The notes under the pieces: model-generated | What the model was told of the DNA's origin: nothing | Databases searched by the model: none | Seen by the model: the letters and a program-made list of their open reading frames with translations, nothing else | Program-made: the position numbers and the translations under genes | Shown here: positions 39,210-54,300 of the stretch, one piece after another | Layout: every line of letters begins with the position of its first letter | How positions within the stretch are numbered: the first letter of the stretch is position 1 | From: Eledone cirrhosa | Lineage: Eukaryota | Direction of reading: 5' to 3' | Assembly: GCA_964016885.1 (NCBI GenBank) | Contig: OZ024756.1 | Location: 31,868,001-31,932,000 of the forward strand | Length of the DNA: 64,000 nucleotides

Positions 39210-39531
39210 GCATATAGATGTGTGCGTGTAAAAATATATAAATATATATGTAAATATATATATACACACACACACAAACAGTTTTTCAATTGTTTTCTAT
39301 CAGACTAAGCAAGAAGTACTTTACACGTCATACTCTATGTCAAATACATTCAGTAATGATCGACCATGTTTTAACTGAAAGCTGCTTGTGTGATGACGTT
39401 TCCAGATTAGACAGATTTTAAGTGCAGACAGCATGCGTGAACAAAAACTCTCACCCTCTCTCACACTTTCTCTCTACCGATTACTCTCTTTCGTTCGTTC
39501 GTTCTCTCTCTCGCTTTCTCTCTCTCTCTCC

Positions 39532-39624
<93 letters not shown>

Positions 39625-39666
39625 TACATATATATATATATGTATAGCGGAAGAGTGAAGAATATA

Positions 39667-39746
<80 letters not shown>

Positions 39747-39764
39747 AATATATATATATATATT

Positions 39765-39884
<120 letters not shown>

Positions 39885-40095
39885 CATATATATACATACA
39901 CAGTATGTATATGTAAATACATACATGTGTGGGTGGGTGTGTGTATGTGTGTTTTCGTACACTCAGATAAAGCTACAAAGATAGAAAGTTTTGACATGCA
40001 TATAAATACACATGCACAGAAACACAAATATATATAAATGTCACAATGCAAAGTACTATAATATGTATATATATACTTATATATATATATATATA

Positions 40096-40375
40096 TATAA
40101 AGAAAAATAGATGAAATCGAAAATGCAACTGGAGTCTTATTTTTAAAATATATATATATATTTATTTGGTTCCTTTACCGGTTTCGCAGTTCTGCTGCTT
40201 TTCAAAAGTAGAGTTGAGATGCAGGGTCTGTGAAACCGGTAAAGGAACCAAATAAATATATATATATTTTTTAAGAATAAGACTCCAGTTGCATTTTCGA
40301 TTTCATCTTTTTTTCTTTATACTTTCACTCGTGTAGGACACCTCGGTTATTTTTCATTTTGTAAAAAAAGCTCAC

Positions 40376-40383
<8 letters not shown>
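40096..40383. mobile_element. Inverted pair of family HH-3 element; hammerhead on - strand at 40172-40208
   Basis: 40096-40190 is the reverse complement of 40228-40322; same sequence family as 45137-45351 and 52075-52290. Confidence 0.85.
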
Positions 40384-40411
<28 letters not shown>

Positions 40412-40413
<2 letters not shown>

Positions 40414-40466
40414 ATTTCTGTTGGAAGCTCCCGGATAGTCTATCCGGGAGCTTCCAACAGAAATGG
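40412..40466. repeat. Perfect palindrome, 27-bp arms and 1-nt spacer
   Basis: ccatttctgttggaagctcccggatag-t-ctatccgggagcttccaacagaaatgg. Confidence 0.95.
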
Positions 40467-40518
40467 TCGCATTCTTTAAGGGTATGTCAATATTTATTTA
40501 TAAAACTGCTCTATATTA

Positions 40519-40584
40519 TATTTTATCTGATGAAAACACACCATAATTTAACTTGGTGGCCCTTGAAATATGTATAATGAAATA
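40519..40584 (+). ncRNA. Hammerhead motif (family HH-2)
   Basis: TATTTTAT-CTGATGA-AAaca-CACCA(taatttaact)TGGTG-gcccTT-GAAAT(atgt)AT-A-ATGAAATA, overlapping AATAAA; base of stem II partly mismatched. Confidence 0.65.
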
Positions 40585-40625
40585 AATATGCTTTTATAAA
40601 TATAGTTTCCATTTGTTAATATATC

Positions 40626-40704
<79 letters not shown>

Positions 40705-41102
40705 TAATATATATATATATATACATATATATATAAGTCCCAGGCAGTAACTCCATGCTTCGAAGCTTGGTGTTCAAAATGCTCTACCGATATGTTTTAT
40801 ATAATCTTTTACATAATTTAGGGTGTGCATACAGGGAAATTCATATGTATTAACCTTTCCATGTGAAATACATTTAACGATTCATATACTACATTCCTTC
40901 AATATCATTATATACTTATAATAACTATTATAATTTTGATCAAGTATTCAGAACTTTTAAATGACTTTGTACAAAAATGTATATTTAATATTTTGTCGCT
41001 GAACGCTGCAAAATATTTACTCTTCAGGCATATTCGTATGCAAATCAACAATGCATGCGTTTTTGTTCATATATATATACACACATATGTACACACACAC
41101 AT

Positions 41103-41133
<31 letters not shown>

Positions 41134-41227
41134 CATATGTGTGTGAATGTATATATATATGTAAATATATCTATGTTAAAATATGTGTACGTAAAATTAC
41201 ACAAACTATAACCTACTTATATAAACT

Positions 41228-41297
<70 letters not shown>

Positions 41298-41388
41298 CGA
41301 GAAAATATAAATATATATATGTATATCCTATTTGCTCGCACGTATATGCATATTGCGATGCTAACATAAATATACACTCAACACACAG

Positions 41389-41423
<35 letters not shown>

Positions 41424-41894
41424 CAAATATATACATATATATACACAATATATACATATTTATTCTATCCATACTTAAATTCAATGAACAAATTAAATTT
41501 CCATACAAAACCTGTGAAAAAAAATTGAAAACAAGAAAAACAAAATAAAAATAAAACAAAAAACAAACAAGAAATACAAAATAAAGATAAAGAAGAAATT
41601 TGTGATTTTAATTCAAAACTAATCCTGTCAAACAAAAATGGAATTAACAGAAGAGAGAACAAACAAACAGCTAAACAAAGACCTAATAAAAAGCTAAACA
41701 AATAAAGCAAATGGCGACACGAGTAATTCTTTAAACTCAACAATTTTGCGACAACAGAATGGGGAAAGTTTTGAAACTACAAACAAATGTATGAATATAC
41801 AAACACACAAATCCACAAATAAGCAAGTCATACGAATACAGAATTAAGCTTCGGGGGAAAAAAAAAAAAAAAATGGTTTTGTGTGCGCGAGCGC

Positions 41895-41932
<38 letters not shown>

Positions 41933-42126
41933 ATGTATGTATGTGTGTGTGTTGAGTGTGTGTTTATGTTAGCATCGCAACAAATTGGTCCCAGGGTCAA
42001 TCTTACAGCTTGGGACCTTGGGGGTTAGTAAAGTGTGTCTTTTATATAACGACAGTTATTTCCTATATTCGGATTGGTTGTCTAATAATATACATTATTT
42101 ATCTTGTCACTAAACGGAATGCTGAA

Positions 42127-42182
<56 letters not shown>

Positions 42183-42199
42183 AACAAATTTAATATATG

Positions 42200-42248
<49 letters not shown>

Positions 42249-42355
42249 GATATAGATATAGATATATGTATATGTATATATGTATATAAACACGTATACA
42301 TACATATACACACACCCACACATATACGCACAAATACACACACAAATACATACAC

Positions 42356-42424
<69 letters not shown>

Positions 42425-42815
42425 CGCATGTGTTCGTGTACACAGGTTTGGAAAAATAGCGTTACCAAGTCTATGTCCATTACCGTTTTGAGATATTCAG
42501 ACACCCGCAATCACACGCTCACACACACAAGCAAACACACACGCACGCACACACACGCATACACGCACATACACACACACACACAAGTACGCACACACAC
42601 ATGCACACAAGCACAATGACACATGTCTGAAGCAAGCTGTAAAAGTCTTTGAATTCTAAATATGTCTTCTCATAAGAAATTGGGCTGAACGTTTTCAATC
42701 AAAATATGGCTGATGGTTGCAAGATCTGGACATCTTGGCTGGAAGTTTAAACACCCCGCTCACCCCAAACTCACACACATATATATATATATATATATAT
42801 GGATATATACAAACA

Positions 42816-42873
<58 letters not shown>

Positions 42874-42919
42874 TTATGCATATATGCTCAAATATAATTA
42901 CACACACATATATATATAT

Positions 42920-43038
<119 letters not shown>

Positions 43039-43616
43039 TATACATACATACATTACATACACACATATATAAGCATATATGCATATATATATATATACAT
43101 ATATATGCATATATATATATATATATATATGTATATGTGAATACATCTCGATTTTCATTTTTACTATCTTGCTATTACACACACACACATACACACACAC
43201 AGAAGACACACACACACACACGAATATATATATATATAGAATTTTGTTCTTTTGCTTGCAAGTGTCTTTTATGAGGCTTCTCATCTATAATTCTATAAAG
43301 GATTTCAAATCCGGACAGTAGAATTAACGTAATGTCATGTGTTTGATATATTACATATATGACAGATTAAAAAAATACTTTATAAAAGTTTATGGAGACA
43401 TGCTACATCTCTACATTAATTATAGTATTTGCATGTGTCGCTATATTTATTCTTTGTCTTCATTACCTCATAAGTTAAGAGAGTGGGGTGAGGCATATCT
43501 GTGTGCTGTTCGTTACATCTACATTACGGCCCCCTGGGTTCAGGTCACACTGCACTGAAACAGTTATGTTTCAATGGACCGTGGTTTACCCCACGCCCCA
43601 CCCCACATATATATAT

Positions 43617-43911
43617 ATAGTGAAAGAGTGAAGAGTAACATGGTCGGCTGTACAAAAAGTGTTTTATTTACTGTAGTAACAATTGTTTCATTGATCAGGT
43701 GAGTCTAAAGGCAGCTAATCACTCGAAATTGTGTCACTCGACCTTAAATACAGTGTTTCGATGATTTAATTATAGACACACACTGGTCGAGTGACGCAAT
43801 TTCGAGTGATCAGCTGCCTTTAGACTCACCTGGTCAATGAAACAATTGTTAATACTGTAAATAAAACCCTTTTTGTACTGCCGACCATGTTATTCTTCAC
43901 TATTTCACTAT
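43617..43911. mobile_element. Fold-back element, ~127-bp arms, with hammerhead 3' half
   Basis: Arms 43617-43743 and 43785-43911; each has GAAAC(aatt)GTT followed by AATAAA facing outward. Confidence 0.8.
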
Positions 43912-44066
43912 TATTACTCCAAGAATGACCTACATGGGAACTCTCGCAAACTCGCTACGTAACTAAGGAAACCTCTTGTTGAATCAGACAACGACGTACG
44001 TTAAAACTATTCTTAGTACAGAGTACTCACAACCTCTAACTGGATTACCTAAAACGATAACTTATC

Positions 44067-44127
<61 letters not shown>

Positions 44128-44237
44128 AGTGGTTTTGTATATTTAAATGCTCATGCATGAACCACTGTAATGAAATAACGTTCTATTATGTAATAACAAT
44201 TAAAGCAATGATTCCTAAAGCTGAACTCAAGGCAGTC

Positions 44238-44332
<95 letters not shown>

Positions 44333-44374
44333 ATCGAGCCCTCTTTGGATTTTAGTCTTCAAATTTATTATTAT

Positions 44375-44448
<74 letters not shown>

Positions 44449-44672
44449 CGGCGATGAATTAGTTTTGCGAGGTTTTTTATATGAAATCGTGTGTCGAAAC
44501 AAATAGTTATACTGGGGGAGAGTCATATTTGTGTAATAATATTGCCAGAATTAATAACAGGACACACTCACTGTTTGGTCGGTTTTCGCTTCTGTGTCCT
44601 TAATATCGGTTAAAAAAAAATAAAAAAAAAGATGGCGTAGGCATACAATGCAACGGGAGGAAACATAATAGC

Positions 44673-44714
44673 AGCACTGACGATGTTGCAGATGTGCAAC
44701 GAAAGAACTTTGTT
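44673..44714 (+). ncRNA. Type I minimal hammerhead ribozyme motif (family HH-1)
   Basis: AGCA-CTGACGA-t-GTTGCA(gatg)TGCAAC-GAAAG(aa)CT-T-TGTT; flanked by inverted repeats at 44572-44612 and 44805-44845. Confidence 0.75.
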
Positions 44715-44885
44715 AGACTATATATATGTGTTTGTGTCTATATTGTATCTGTACTTTTGACCGTTGGTCAGTCAATGGTAACATTGAGGACCGAATAAAT
44801 TAAATTAACCGATATAAAGGACACAGAAGCGAAAACCAACCAAGCAGCAAGTATAACAATATTTATATACACACACACACACACG

Positions 44886-45088
<203 letters not shown>

Positions 45089-45101
45089 CTATATATCTAT
45101 A

Positions 45102-45144
<43 letters not shown>

Positions 45145-45275
45145 GTGAGGTTTTTTTTACAAAATGAAAAATAACCGAGGTGTCCTACACGAGTGGAAGT
45201 ATAAAGAAAAAGGGATGAAATCGAAAATGCAACTGAAGTCTTATTTTTTTAAAAAATATATATATTTATTTGGTT

Positions 45276-45313
45276 CCTTTACCGGTTTCGCAGTTCTTCT
45301 GCTTTTCAAAAGG
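45276..45313 (-). ncRNA. Hammerhead motif with U3-A8 core (family HH-3)
   Basis: CCTT-TTGAAAA-GCAG(aagaa)CTGC-GAAAC(cg)GT-A-AAGG, followed by AATAAA. Confidence 0.72.
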
Positions 45314-45366
45314 TGAGTTGAGATGGAGGGTCTGTGGTTTTTCTCACATCTGAGAAAAACCTTTTT

Positions 45367-45400
<34 letters not shown>

Positions 45401-45442
45401 ATAATAATAAATGTGAAGACTAAAATCCAAAGAGGGCTCGAT

Positions 45443-45474
<32 letters not shown>

Positions 45475-45665
45475 TGACTGCCTTGACTCAGCTTTATGAA
45501 TCAATGCTTTAATTGTTATTACATAATAGAACGTTATTTTATTACAGGGGTTCATGCATAAGCATTTAAATATACAAAACAACTCCATCACGTGATTGTC
45601 TATATATTTCAATAATAATCTGTCTAGAAAGTTGTTTCATATATTTTACTATGTTATTAAAAGCT

Positions 45666-45725
<60 letters not shown>

Positions 45726-45940
45726 AGTGTGTGTGTATATATACACATATAGAAAGAGATAGATAGATAGATATAAATATAGATATATATGTATATATGT
45801 ACGTATGTATTTTTATATATATACATACATACATATATATATATAGGTGTGTATATATATATATAAATGTGTATATATATATATATGTGTGTATATATAT
45901 GTATATGTACAGAGACACACACTCAGACACACACACACAC

Positions 45941-46017
<77 letters not shown>

Positions 46018-46669
46018 TATATATATATATCAATATATCGTTTGTTCGAAAAATCTAAAATTTCTATTCAATTTATATTTAATTTAAACGTCAACATCTC
46101 CAATATTTTTTTAAAAATATATAATTAAATTATATTAATTTTAAATTTAGTTAACAATTCTATTAACTATTTGATTCCAGCATTAATTGCAATATTTGTT
46201 ATCAATATAATTACTTGTATGAATTTAATATAAAAAATAAATATTAATAAAATCAACAAACATATTAAGTAGAAAGAAATGGCGGACAACATTCTTTGTT
46301 AGCTTGTGGTTACTTTTTGCTTTTGTGTAATTATTTTCGTGCAAGTCTAGCATTCTAATTGTCACCATGAATGTTCCTAATACAATATGTAAATTGCTAC
46401 AGCCATTACATTTTATTAAACACAATTTTACATGAACTTCTCTTTCAATAAGTTTTTGCATTATTAAATGAAGAAGCGACCATAAAGTAAACAAAAGTTA
46501 TGGTCATAAAAGGCTGTAGTTTGCTTGAAGCATTGTATATAATATAAAATGTGGAAAGTGATATATATAAGAAGGCTAAACAATGCAACATGGACTGTAA
46601 GATGAAGGTAAGGGAAACGTTAGTTACCTGGTAAGCTTTGTTTTTTTTTGTTTGTTCTTTCTTTCGTTC

Positions 46670-46701
46670 TAATATTTCGGGACGTAAATTCCCTTCGTCA
46701 G
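46670..46701 (-). ncRNA. Hammerhead core with stem II; stem I unclear
   Basis: CTGACGA-a-GGGA(atttacg)TCCC-GAAAT. Confidence 0.5.
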
Positions 46702-47189
46702 ATTATAAGGAATTCTCAGAGAGAAACGTTCCGGTCTATTCACTTTGAAATTAGATTTAAATTTTAAATTTATAAACCACGTTCAAACCTTGTCTGAAAT
46801 TTACTGTAGTATTCACAAGAAGAAGTTAAGAACATTCCACATTCACACATGCAGGCTTGCAGTAACCACACACACACACATATATATATATATTTTCCTA
46901 GTACCCACTCTACTACCCTAAGTATTGAGTGCGTTATGGCCCATCTGGTTCCTTACCACACCTCGTTCGTTATATATGTTACTGAAAATTAACATATATT
47001 TAATATAATTATACCACTTTATATACATTGTGATGCTTTGATGTCCAGTAATGCGCTTTTGTGGGAGCTAGGTATCCGCCTAGTTCGTATGAATAATAGA
47101 GTAGGATTTGACAACAACATCAATATCAATATCAGCAAGAAGAAACAAGGATGGAACTATTCATTGCAAATAATATACTACTTGATTAA

Positions 47190-47528
47190 ATATACAATGG
47201 AGCTAAAGGCGAGTGAGGCATTGACCCCCGGAGCAGATACAAACTATGCAGTGTGGAAATGCCTCAACAGATTAAGATATGGTGTTAGACATGCAAAAGC
47301 CAATCTGGCAAAATGAAGATAATTGAAGCATGGGGACGTTGTGTGTGACTGTGGCATCAAACCAAAGACTACGCTTCACCTCCTGATATGTCCCCTGCTG
47401 GAACACCCCTGCACAGCCTTCGACTTGGCAGAGTTGAATGAGAAAGGACAGCAATGTGTTCAGCTATGGCGGAACCACATCTAGCCAAGCTTTGTAGCCG
47501 ACACTCTTATGGACAGGATAAGAAGAAA
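47190..47528 (+). pseudogene. Ingi/Vingi-like LINE 3' end (C-terminal Cys/His domain)
   Basis: WKCLNRLRYGVRHAKANLAK*R*LKHGDVVCDCGIKPKTTLHLLICP..CT..DL..QLWRNHI*, ending in gacaggataagaagaa. Confidence 0.7.
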
Positions 47529-48266
47529 AGTATTTGCTTAGCTTTCCATTCTATATAATTCTGGATGAAATAGAAAGAATGTACTTTTAATATATCAGTG
47601 TAGAGAAGATATCTGTCGATTCAGATTCTTGTGAATCAATTCATTAATACATTAATAAAATAGCGTAATCCAAGCGATCTTGACGAAACAGACACGTAGT
47701 GATCTGAATCAGCAATCACCATAAAACGGCTACACTTAAATATTTAGACATCGCGTCTCCCCAACAGCGCACTAATTTATACTTCTGCAGTGACGTTCTT
47801 TTTTCTTCTACTACTAAATTGTATCTACTTCTACTGTTGCTATAATTGAATTGTCTCCCATTCTATGAATCTTACAGTCAATCAACAATGATGATGGGAA
47901 TGCCTAATGTAATGATGCCATTACGCCTAGGTACAGTAAATGATAATAAATACAAAGTTATACATAGTTATATGTATATCAGTAAATCATTTTTTTCCAG
48001 ATGTAACTTCGACTACTGTTGCTTCAGCAACACCAATCCAGAAACGTCGGTCATGAAAGTATTACTGTTCATAGCTATATAATAATTCAATACACACACA
48101 CACACACACACACACGCATATATATATATATATATATATATATGTGTATATATATCAAAATTGAGTTAAAAACTCACAATAGTGCCCTATAATCAAAATA
48201 GCTCAAGTTTTCTGTCCTTTGCGATTTAAACACATATAGTTATATATCCGTGTTCGTCTCGTTTTA

Positions 48267-48373
<107 letters not shown>

Positions 48374-48547
48374 CATAATTCACATCTGGAAGAAGGGAAG
48401 AGGGCACAAAAAGCCTGGAGGAAACTTACAAACGAAGATTCCTCGCGTGACTGCTAGGTATAATTTTAGTTTCGGTTGCTAAAAGACAAATACTCTTCCC
48501 AGCACTCCAATAGCCCTTAAAAAAGTGACCTATATACATACAGATAA

Positions 48548-48582
<35 letters not shown>

Positions 48583-48980
48583 AATTCATGCGTGTTTACA
48601 TGCGTGTGTATGATTTTTTTTTACAATCGGTTTTGCATTGGTCTTTTCTATGTTGTGTATACAATGAAATGTCTATTGAAGTGGACAGTATAGAAAAGTG
48701 TCGACATGAAGAAGAGATGAATGCTGGACAATCAAATAACTAAGAACACACAACTGTAAATCAACGAACAATCATGAAATTAACTGCCAATTGCAATATA
48801 ATAGAAATAGTGTGTAAAAATCCTGAAAAAAAAATCCAAAACAACGATAGCAACAAACAAAATGTAGAGAAATCAAATTGAAAATGTCTATATTTTGACC
48901 TGCTTTCACCTCGCAAGTCTCAAAAATCCGAGGTCTCACATATAGACCGAAAAAAAAAAAAAAAATATATATATACATGC

Positions 48981-49045
<65 letters not shown>

Positions 49046-49092
49046 ATATATATGTGTGTGTAAATATATATATATATACTTATCACCACCAC

Positions 49093-49125
<33 letters not shown>

Positions 49126-49210
49126 GATCGCTTAACGTCTTTCTTCCACGCTAGCATGGGTTATACTTATATATATGTATATACTTTTATATATTTGTAT
49201 ATATATACAT

Positions 49211-49242
<32 letters not shown>

Positions 49243-49280
49243 TTATATATATGTATATACATTTATATATATATATATAC

Positions 49281-49372
<92 letters not shown>

Positions 49373-50497
49373 ATATATATACACATACATATATATGAAA
49401 ATGGATAAATAAATAAAATCAAGTATATAAATATAAATAAATATGACAAGTAAGATAAGAAAAACAAATAAAATAAAATAAAAACAATGAAAACTAAAAC
49501 ACACCAAATAAAGAAAAATGATGGAATACAAGATATTTGCTGACGTGAAATGTAGAAATGGAGAAATCAATGAAAGATTTCTGTCACTTTCCTTTTTACG
49601 ATTAGACATTTCTTATGGCTGTATGCATTTGTTGGTTGTTGTTCTTTGTTGTTGTTGTTTGCTGTTGTTGCTGTTGTTGCTGTGGTTGTCGTTGTTGTTG
49701 CTGTTGTTGCTGTTGTTGTTGTTGTTGTTGCTGTTGTTTTAGTGATTGCTGTCGTTGTCGTTGTCGTGTTTGTTGTTGTGGTTGTTTTAGTCATTGTTGT
49801 TGTTGCTCTTTTTGTTGTTGTTTGTTGTTGTTGTTGTTGTTGTTTGTTGTTGTAAATGCTGTTGCTGTTGTTGAGGTTGCTTTAGTAATTCATGTCGTTG
49901 TTGTTGTTTCTGTTGTCGTGTTTATTGTTGTTGTACTTGTTTTTGTTGTAGATGTTGTAGTTGTGGTTGACGTCGTTTTTGTGGTTGCTTTAGTGATTGC
50001 TGTTGTTGTTGTTGTTGTTGTTGTTGTTGCTGTTGTTGTAGTTTACGTCGTTGTTGTTGTCACTTTAGTTTAGTGATTGCTGTCGTTAATGTTGTCGTTG
50101 TAGCTGTTGTAAGAGTTATTATTGTTATGGTTACACTAGTGATTGGTGTTACTGCTGTTTTCGTGTCTATAGTTATTGTTGTTATTGTTATTGTTATTGT
50201 TGTTGTATATGTATTCTTTTTAGTAAAGTTATTCGACATTTCTGATCGATCAAACCATGTAGATTTGAAGACAGCAATCGAATCTACTGAGTCTGTAAGT
50301 AGAGTTATCGCACTTAACAGTAACGAGTTATGTATGTATGTATGAATGGAAATATGTTTGTATGTATATATATGATGATCTATATACATACATACACACA
50401 CACCCACACACACACACATATATATATATATGTATATATATGTATATATATATTTATACATATATATTTATACATATATATGTATATATATATATAC

Positions 50498-50537
<40 letters not shown>

Positions 50538-50592
50538 GTTTATATACATATGTATATATGTGTATATATATATATACATATGTATATATGTC

Positions 50593-50667
<75 letters not shown>

Positions 50668-51021
50668 GTGTGTGTGTGTGTGTATGTTTTATGTTTACAT
50701 ATATCTATTTACATATGTATACATATTTATATATAAATATATAACAAAACCATAAGTGACTTAATATGTCGTCACCCGCTAGCTTGCATTATTCTCTATG
50801 ACGGTCACGAGAAAAAATCGAGTCCTTGCTAACGAATGCTTGTAGCAACGAAACTCATGGTAAAGAATGAAACCATACAGATAAAGGTTTTTCTAGGAAA
50901 TTAACGAAGTAATAACTAAGGTTAAAAAAGGATCACTTGAGGTCAGTGAGACAAATATTATTTTTATAAATACATATACATTTGTAAACACATACATATG
51001 TACACACATACACCCCCCCGC

Positions 51022-51113
<92 letters not shown>

Positions 51114-51218
51114 TAAATCATGTCCTTAGAATTATTAGATAAAATATATACCATTTCCTCTTCCAATTAGCATAATTAACCATACAAAAAATCAATTAGA
51201 CCAAGCTATAAGAAGATA

Positions 51219-51281
<63 letters not shown>

Positions 51282-51435
51282 TCAAATATATATATATGAG
51301 TCCAGAATTAGCCGTCGAAACGGCTTGAGCTCAGCCGTCGGGGTCCTACTCGTTCCTATTACCCACTCTACTACCCTAAGTAATGAGTACTTTGGTGCGT
51401 TATGGTCCACCTGGTTGCTTACCACATTTCCTTCG

Positions 51436-51490
<55 letters not shown>

Positions 51491-51651
51491 CATACATACG
51501 TACATACATACACACTGACATAATCACACCCACACACCGGCATACACACATATACAGACAGACAGACACACACACACATATATAAATATGTATTAATAAC
51601 ACATTAAAAGTTCAATCAAACAATTCCGGCTTTCCGCCTAAAGCTTGAATC

Positions 51652-51784
<133 letters not shown>

Positions 51785-52111
51785 CATATATATATATACA
51801 TATATATATGTATATATATACATATATATATGTATATATATGTAAAAAAAAGCCTTCGTGAGCCTCCTTTTTTCAAGTAAAAAGAATTTCAAACACTCAT
51901 ATATGAAAAAAAACAACCTGTGACACCCCCCTCTCTTATTTGAAGAACTATTGTAACGCGAACTGGCGCGAAATTTATTATAATTATTGACAAACCAATC
52001 AAATTACTTCTCGAAAAACCTGGTTTTCGAGCCATTTTTTCCATATAAAACAAGTAACATTTAGAGACCAACCAGATGTGAGAAAAACCACAGACCCTCC
52101 ATCTCAACTCA

Positions 52112-52149
52112 CCTTTTGAAAAGCAGAAGAACTGCGAAACCGGTAAAGG
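52112..52149 (+). ncRNA. Hammerhead motif with U3-A8 core (family HH-3), longest element copy
   Basis: Identical to the 45276-45313 motif; predicted cleavage after 52145; AATAAA at 52155-52160. Confidence 0.72.
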
Positions 52150-52345
52150 AACCAAATAAATATATATATTTAAAAAAAAAATAAGACTTCAGTTGCATTT
52201 TCGATTTCATCCCTTTTTCTTTATACTTCCACTCGTGTAGGACACCTCGGTTATTTTTCATTTTGTAAAAAAAAACCTCACTTTCTAATATATATATATA
52301 GTGACGAAACATAAGTCAATTGCATGAACTCATAATCCTTTATTT

Positions 52346-52401
52346 ACTGCTATATATATTTCTATGATAGCCATTGAATGGCTATGACCTCATCAGGCAG
52401 T
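52346..52401 (-). ncRNA. Hammerhead motif, base of stem II decayed
   Basis: ACTGC-CTGATGA-ggtc-ATAGCCAT(tca)ATGGCTAT-cata-GAAAT(atat)AT-A-GCAGT-AAATAAA. Confidence 0.65.
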
Positions 52402-52465
52402 TAGTCAGTTCTTAGATATGCCAGCTCTGTGTTTATGGTGTTGATCGTATCAGAGCCTTGGGACA

Positions 52466-52498
<33 letters not shown>

Positions 52499-52510
52499 GT
52501 ATATATGCAT

Positions 52511-52604
<94 letters not shown>

Positions 52605-53102
52605 TGGATTGTCAAGTATCTAATTTGTAGAATTTACCTGAAAAACAACAAATTTCTACAAATGACATACTTGATGACCCAATATATTTGTGTATTTGGC
52701 TGTGTGTGTTTATGTGTGTCGTGGAATGTGTTTAGATATTTATTTTGCATAACATCAACTCAGAAGACTAATGAATTACGCCAAATATAAATTACCCTAG
52801 TCACACCATACGAAGTACAATTTCTCAACTACAAACGCTTATGGTGGTATAAAATTCAGAGCTATTCATTTCGTTAAGTGTGATAATAAATAATATTAAT
52901 GTGCGAAAATCTGTCAGCTATTTTGATTACAATATTTTCGACGTTTTGCTTTTCTAAATGATTTCTCATATTTAACATTGGCTCCGGTAACTCAAATATA
53001 TTATCATAATATCATACAAACACACATAGACGCATCACGCACCCCCCCCACACACACAGACACATATATATATGTATATATATAGTTATTATTATTATTT
53101 AC

Positions 53103-53205
53103 GGCCAGGTTGACTTTGCCTCTCATCATTACGGAGTCGATAAAATAAAGTACCAGTAATGCACTGGTTAATTGCTGGCCTTGTGCCTAAAGTAGAAACA
53201 ATTAT
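53103..53205 (+). mobile_element. 3' half of family A SINE
   Basis: ggttgactttgcctctcatcattacggagtcgataaaataaagtaccag...cctaaagtagaaacaattatt. Confidence 0.8.
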
Positions 53206-53206
53206 T

Positions 53207-53325
53207 ATTTACGGTCATGTCACGCTGAAAACACCGGTTCATGTCCGATCACCGAAGTTAAGCAACGTCGAGCCTAGTTAATACTTAGATGGGTGACCTC
53301 TTGGGAACCCTAGGTGCCGTAAAGG
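53207..53325 (+). rRNA. 5S rRNA copy (probable retropseudogene)
   Basis: About 119 nt matching the metazoan 5S consensus (ccgatcaccgaagttaagcaacgtcg...gatgggtgacc..ttgggaa); terminal helix tttacggt/gccgtaaa intact; followed by A9 rather than a T-run terminator. Confidence 0.9.
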
Positions 53326-53339
53326 TGAAAAAAAAAGGG

Positions 53340-53494
53340 CGGTGGATTGGCAGTATTGGTAGAGGGTCGGACGCCATGCTTTGACGCATAGAGTTACGGC
53401 CCTTGCCATTCTGATTTCAAATCACGCCGAGGTTAACTTTAATATTACTTATGTTATCGACTCCCTAAGGATGAAAGGCAAAGTTAACCTCGGC

Positions 53495-53497
<3 letters not shown>
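53340..53497 (+). mobile_element. 5' half of family A SINE plus an inverted SINE body fragment
   Basis: Head runs to cgccgaggttaacttt (53440), then the reverse complement of the body ends aaagttaacctcggcg. Confidence 0.8.
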
Positions 53498-53564
<67 letters not shown>

Positions 53565-53878
53565 TATATATATATATATATATATATAGGAAAAGAGTCA
53601 GGCTATTTCGACATAGTTCGGATCTAGCTGTCGAAAAGGCCGAAACTGAGCCGTCGGGGTCCTGACTCCATTCCTATTACCCACTCTACTACCCTAATTA
53701 TTGAGTACTCTGGTGCAATATATTCCGCCTGGTATCTTACCACAGTTTATTAGTTTTATATATATATTAATGACTGGTAAATGAAATAACTATCTTATAT
53801 TGTTTATTACATAACTAATATATATATATATATATATATATAATATAAGATCAAAAGATGGTTAAAGGAGTTCCATGT

Positions 53879-53947
53879 ATTTTATTATGCGCATTTCAAA
53901 CACAAACATCATCATGCAATAATATTTGTGTTTTCATCAGATAAAAC
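53879..53947 (-). ncRNA. Complete type I hammerhead ribozyme motif (family HH-2)
   Basis: GTTTTAT-CTGATGA-AAACACAAATATTAT(tgcatg)ATGATGTTTGTGTTT-GAAAT(gcgc)AT-A-ATAAAAT: 7-bp stem I, 15-bp stem II, palindromic stem III, core intact. Confidence 0.85.
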
Positions 53948-54103
53948 AGGCGAACATGATATGAAGGCTAAAAAACACTTGTGGATAGTGCAGTTTTAAA
54001 TCAACATATCTTATATTATGTATACTCCAGTCCTACAAACTGTAGAGTGCTTCTTATCCGATATCTGCATTGCTTTATTGTACTACAATAAAACTCACCT
54101 CCT

Positions 54104-54182
<79 letters not shown>

Positions 54183-54300
54183 TAAACTGAATAGAAAATG
54201 CTGACAAATTGTTCACAGTTGAAAAATGGTTTAATTAGGAATAAAAGAGTATTAGTGATTGTATGGGTTAGTATTCAGTTGTGGTTTTAAGTTTTTAAGT

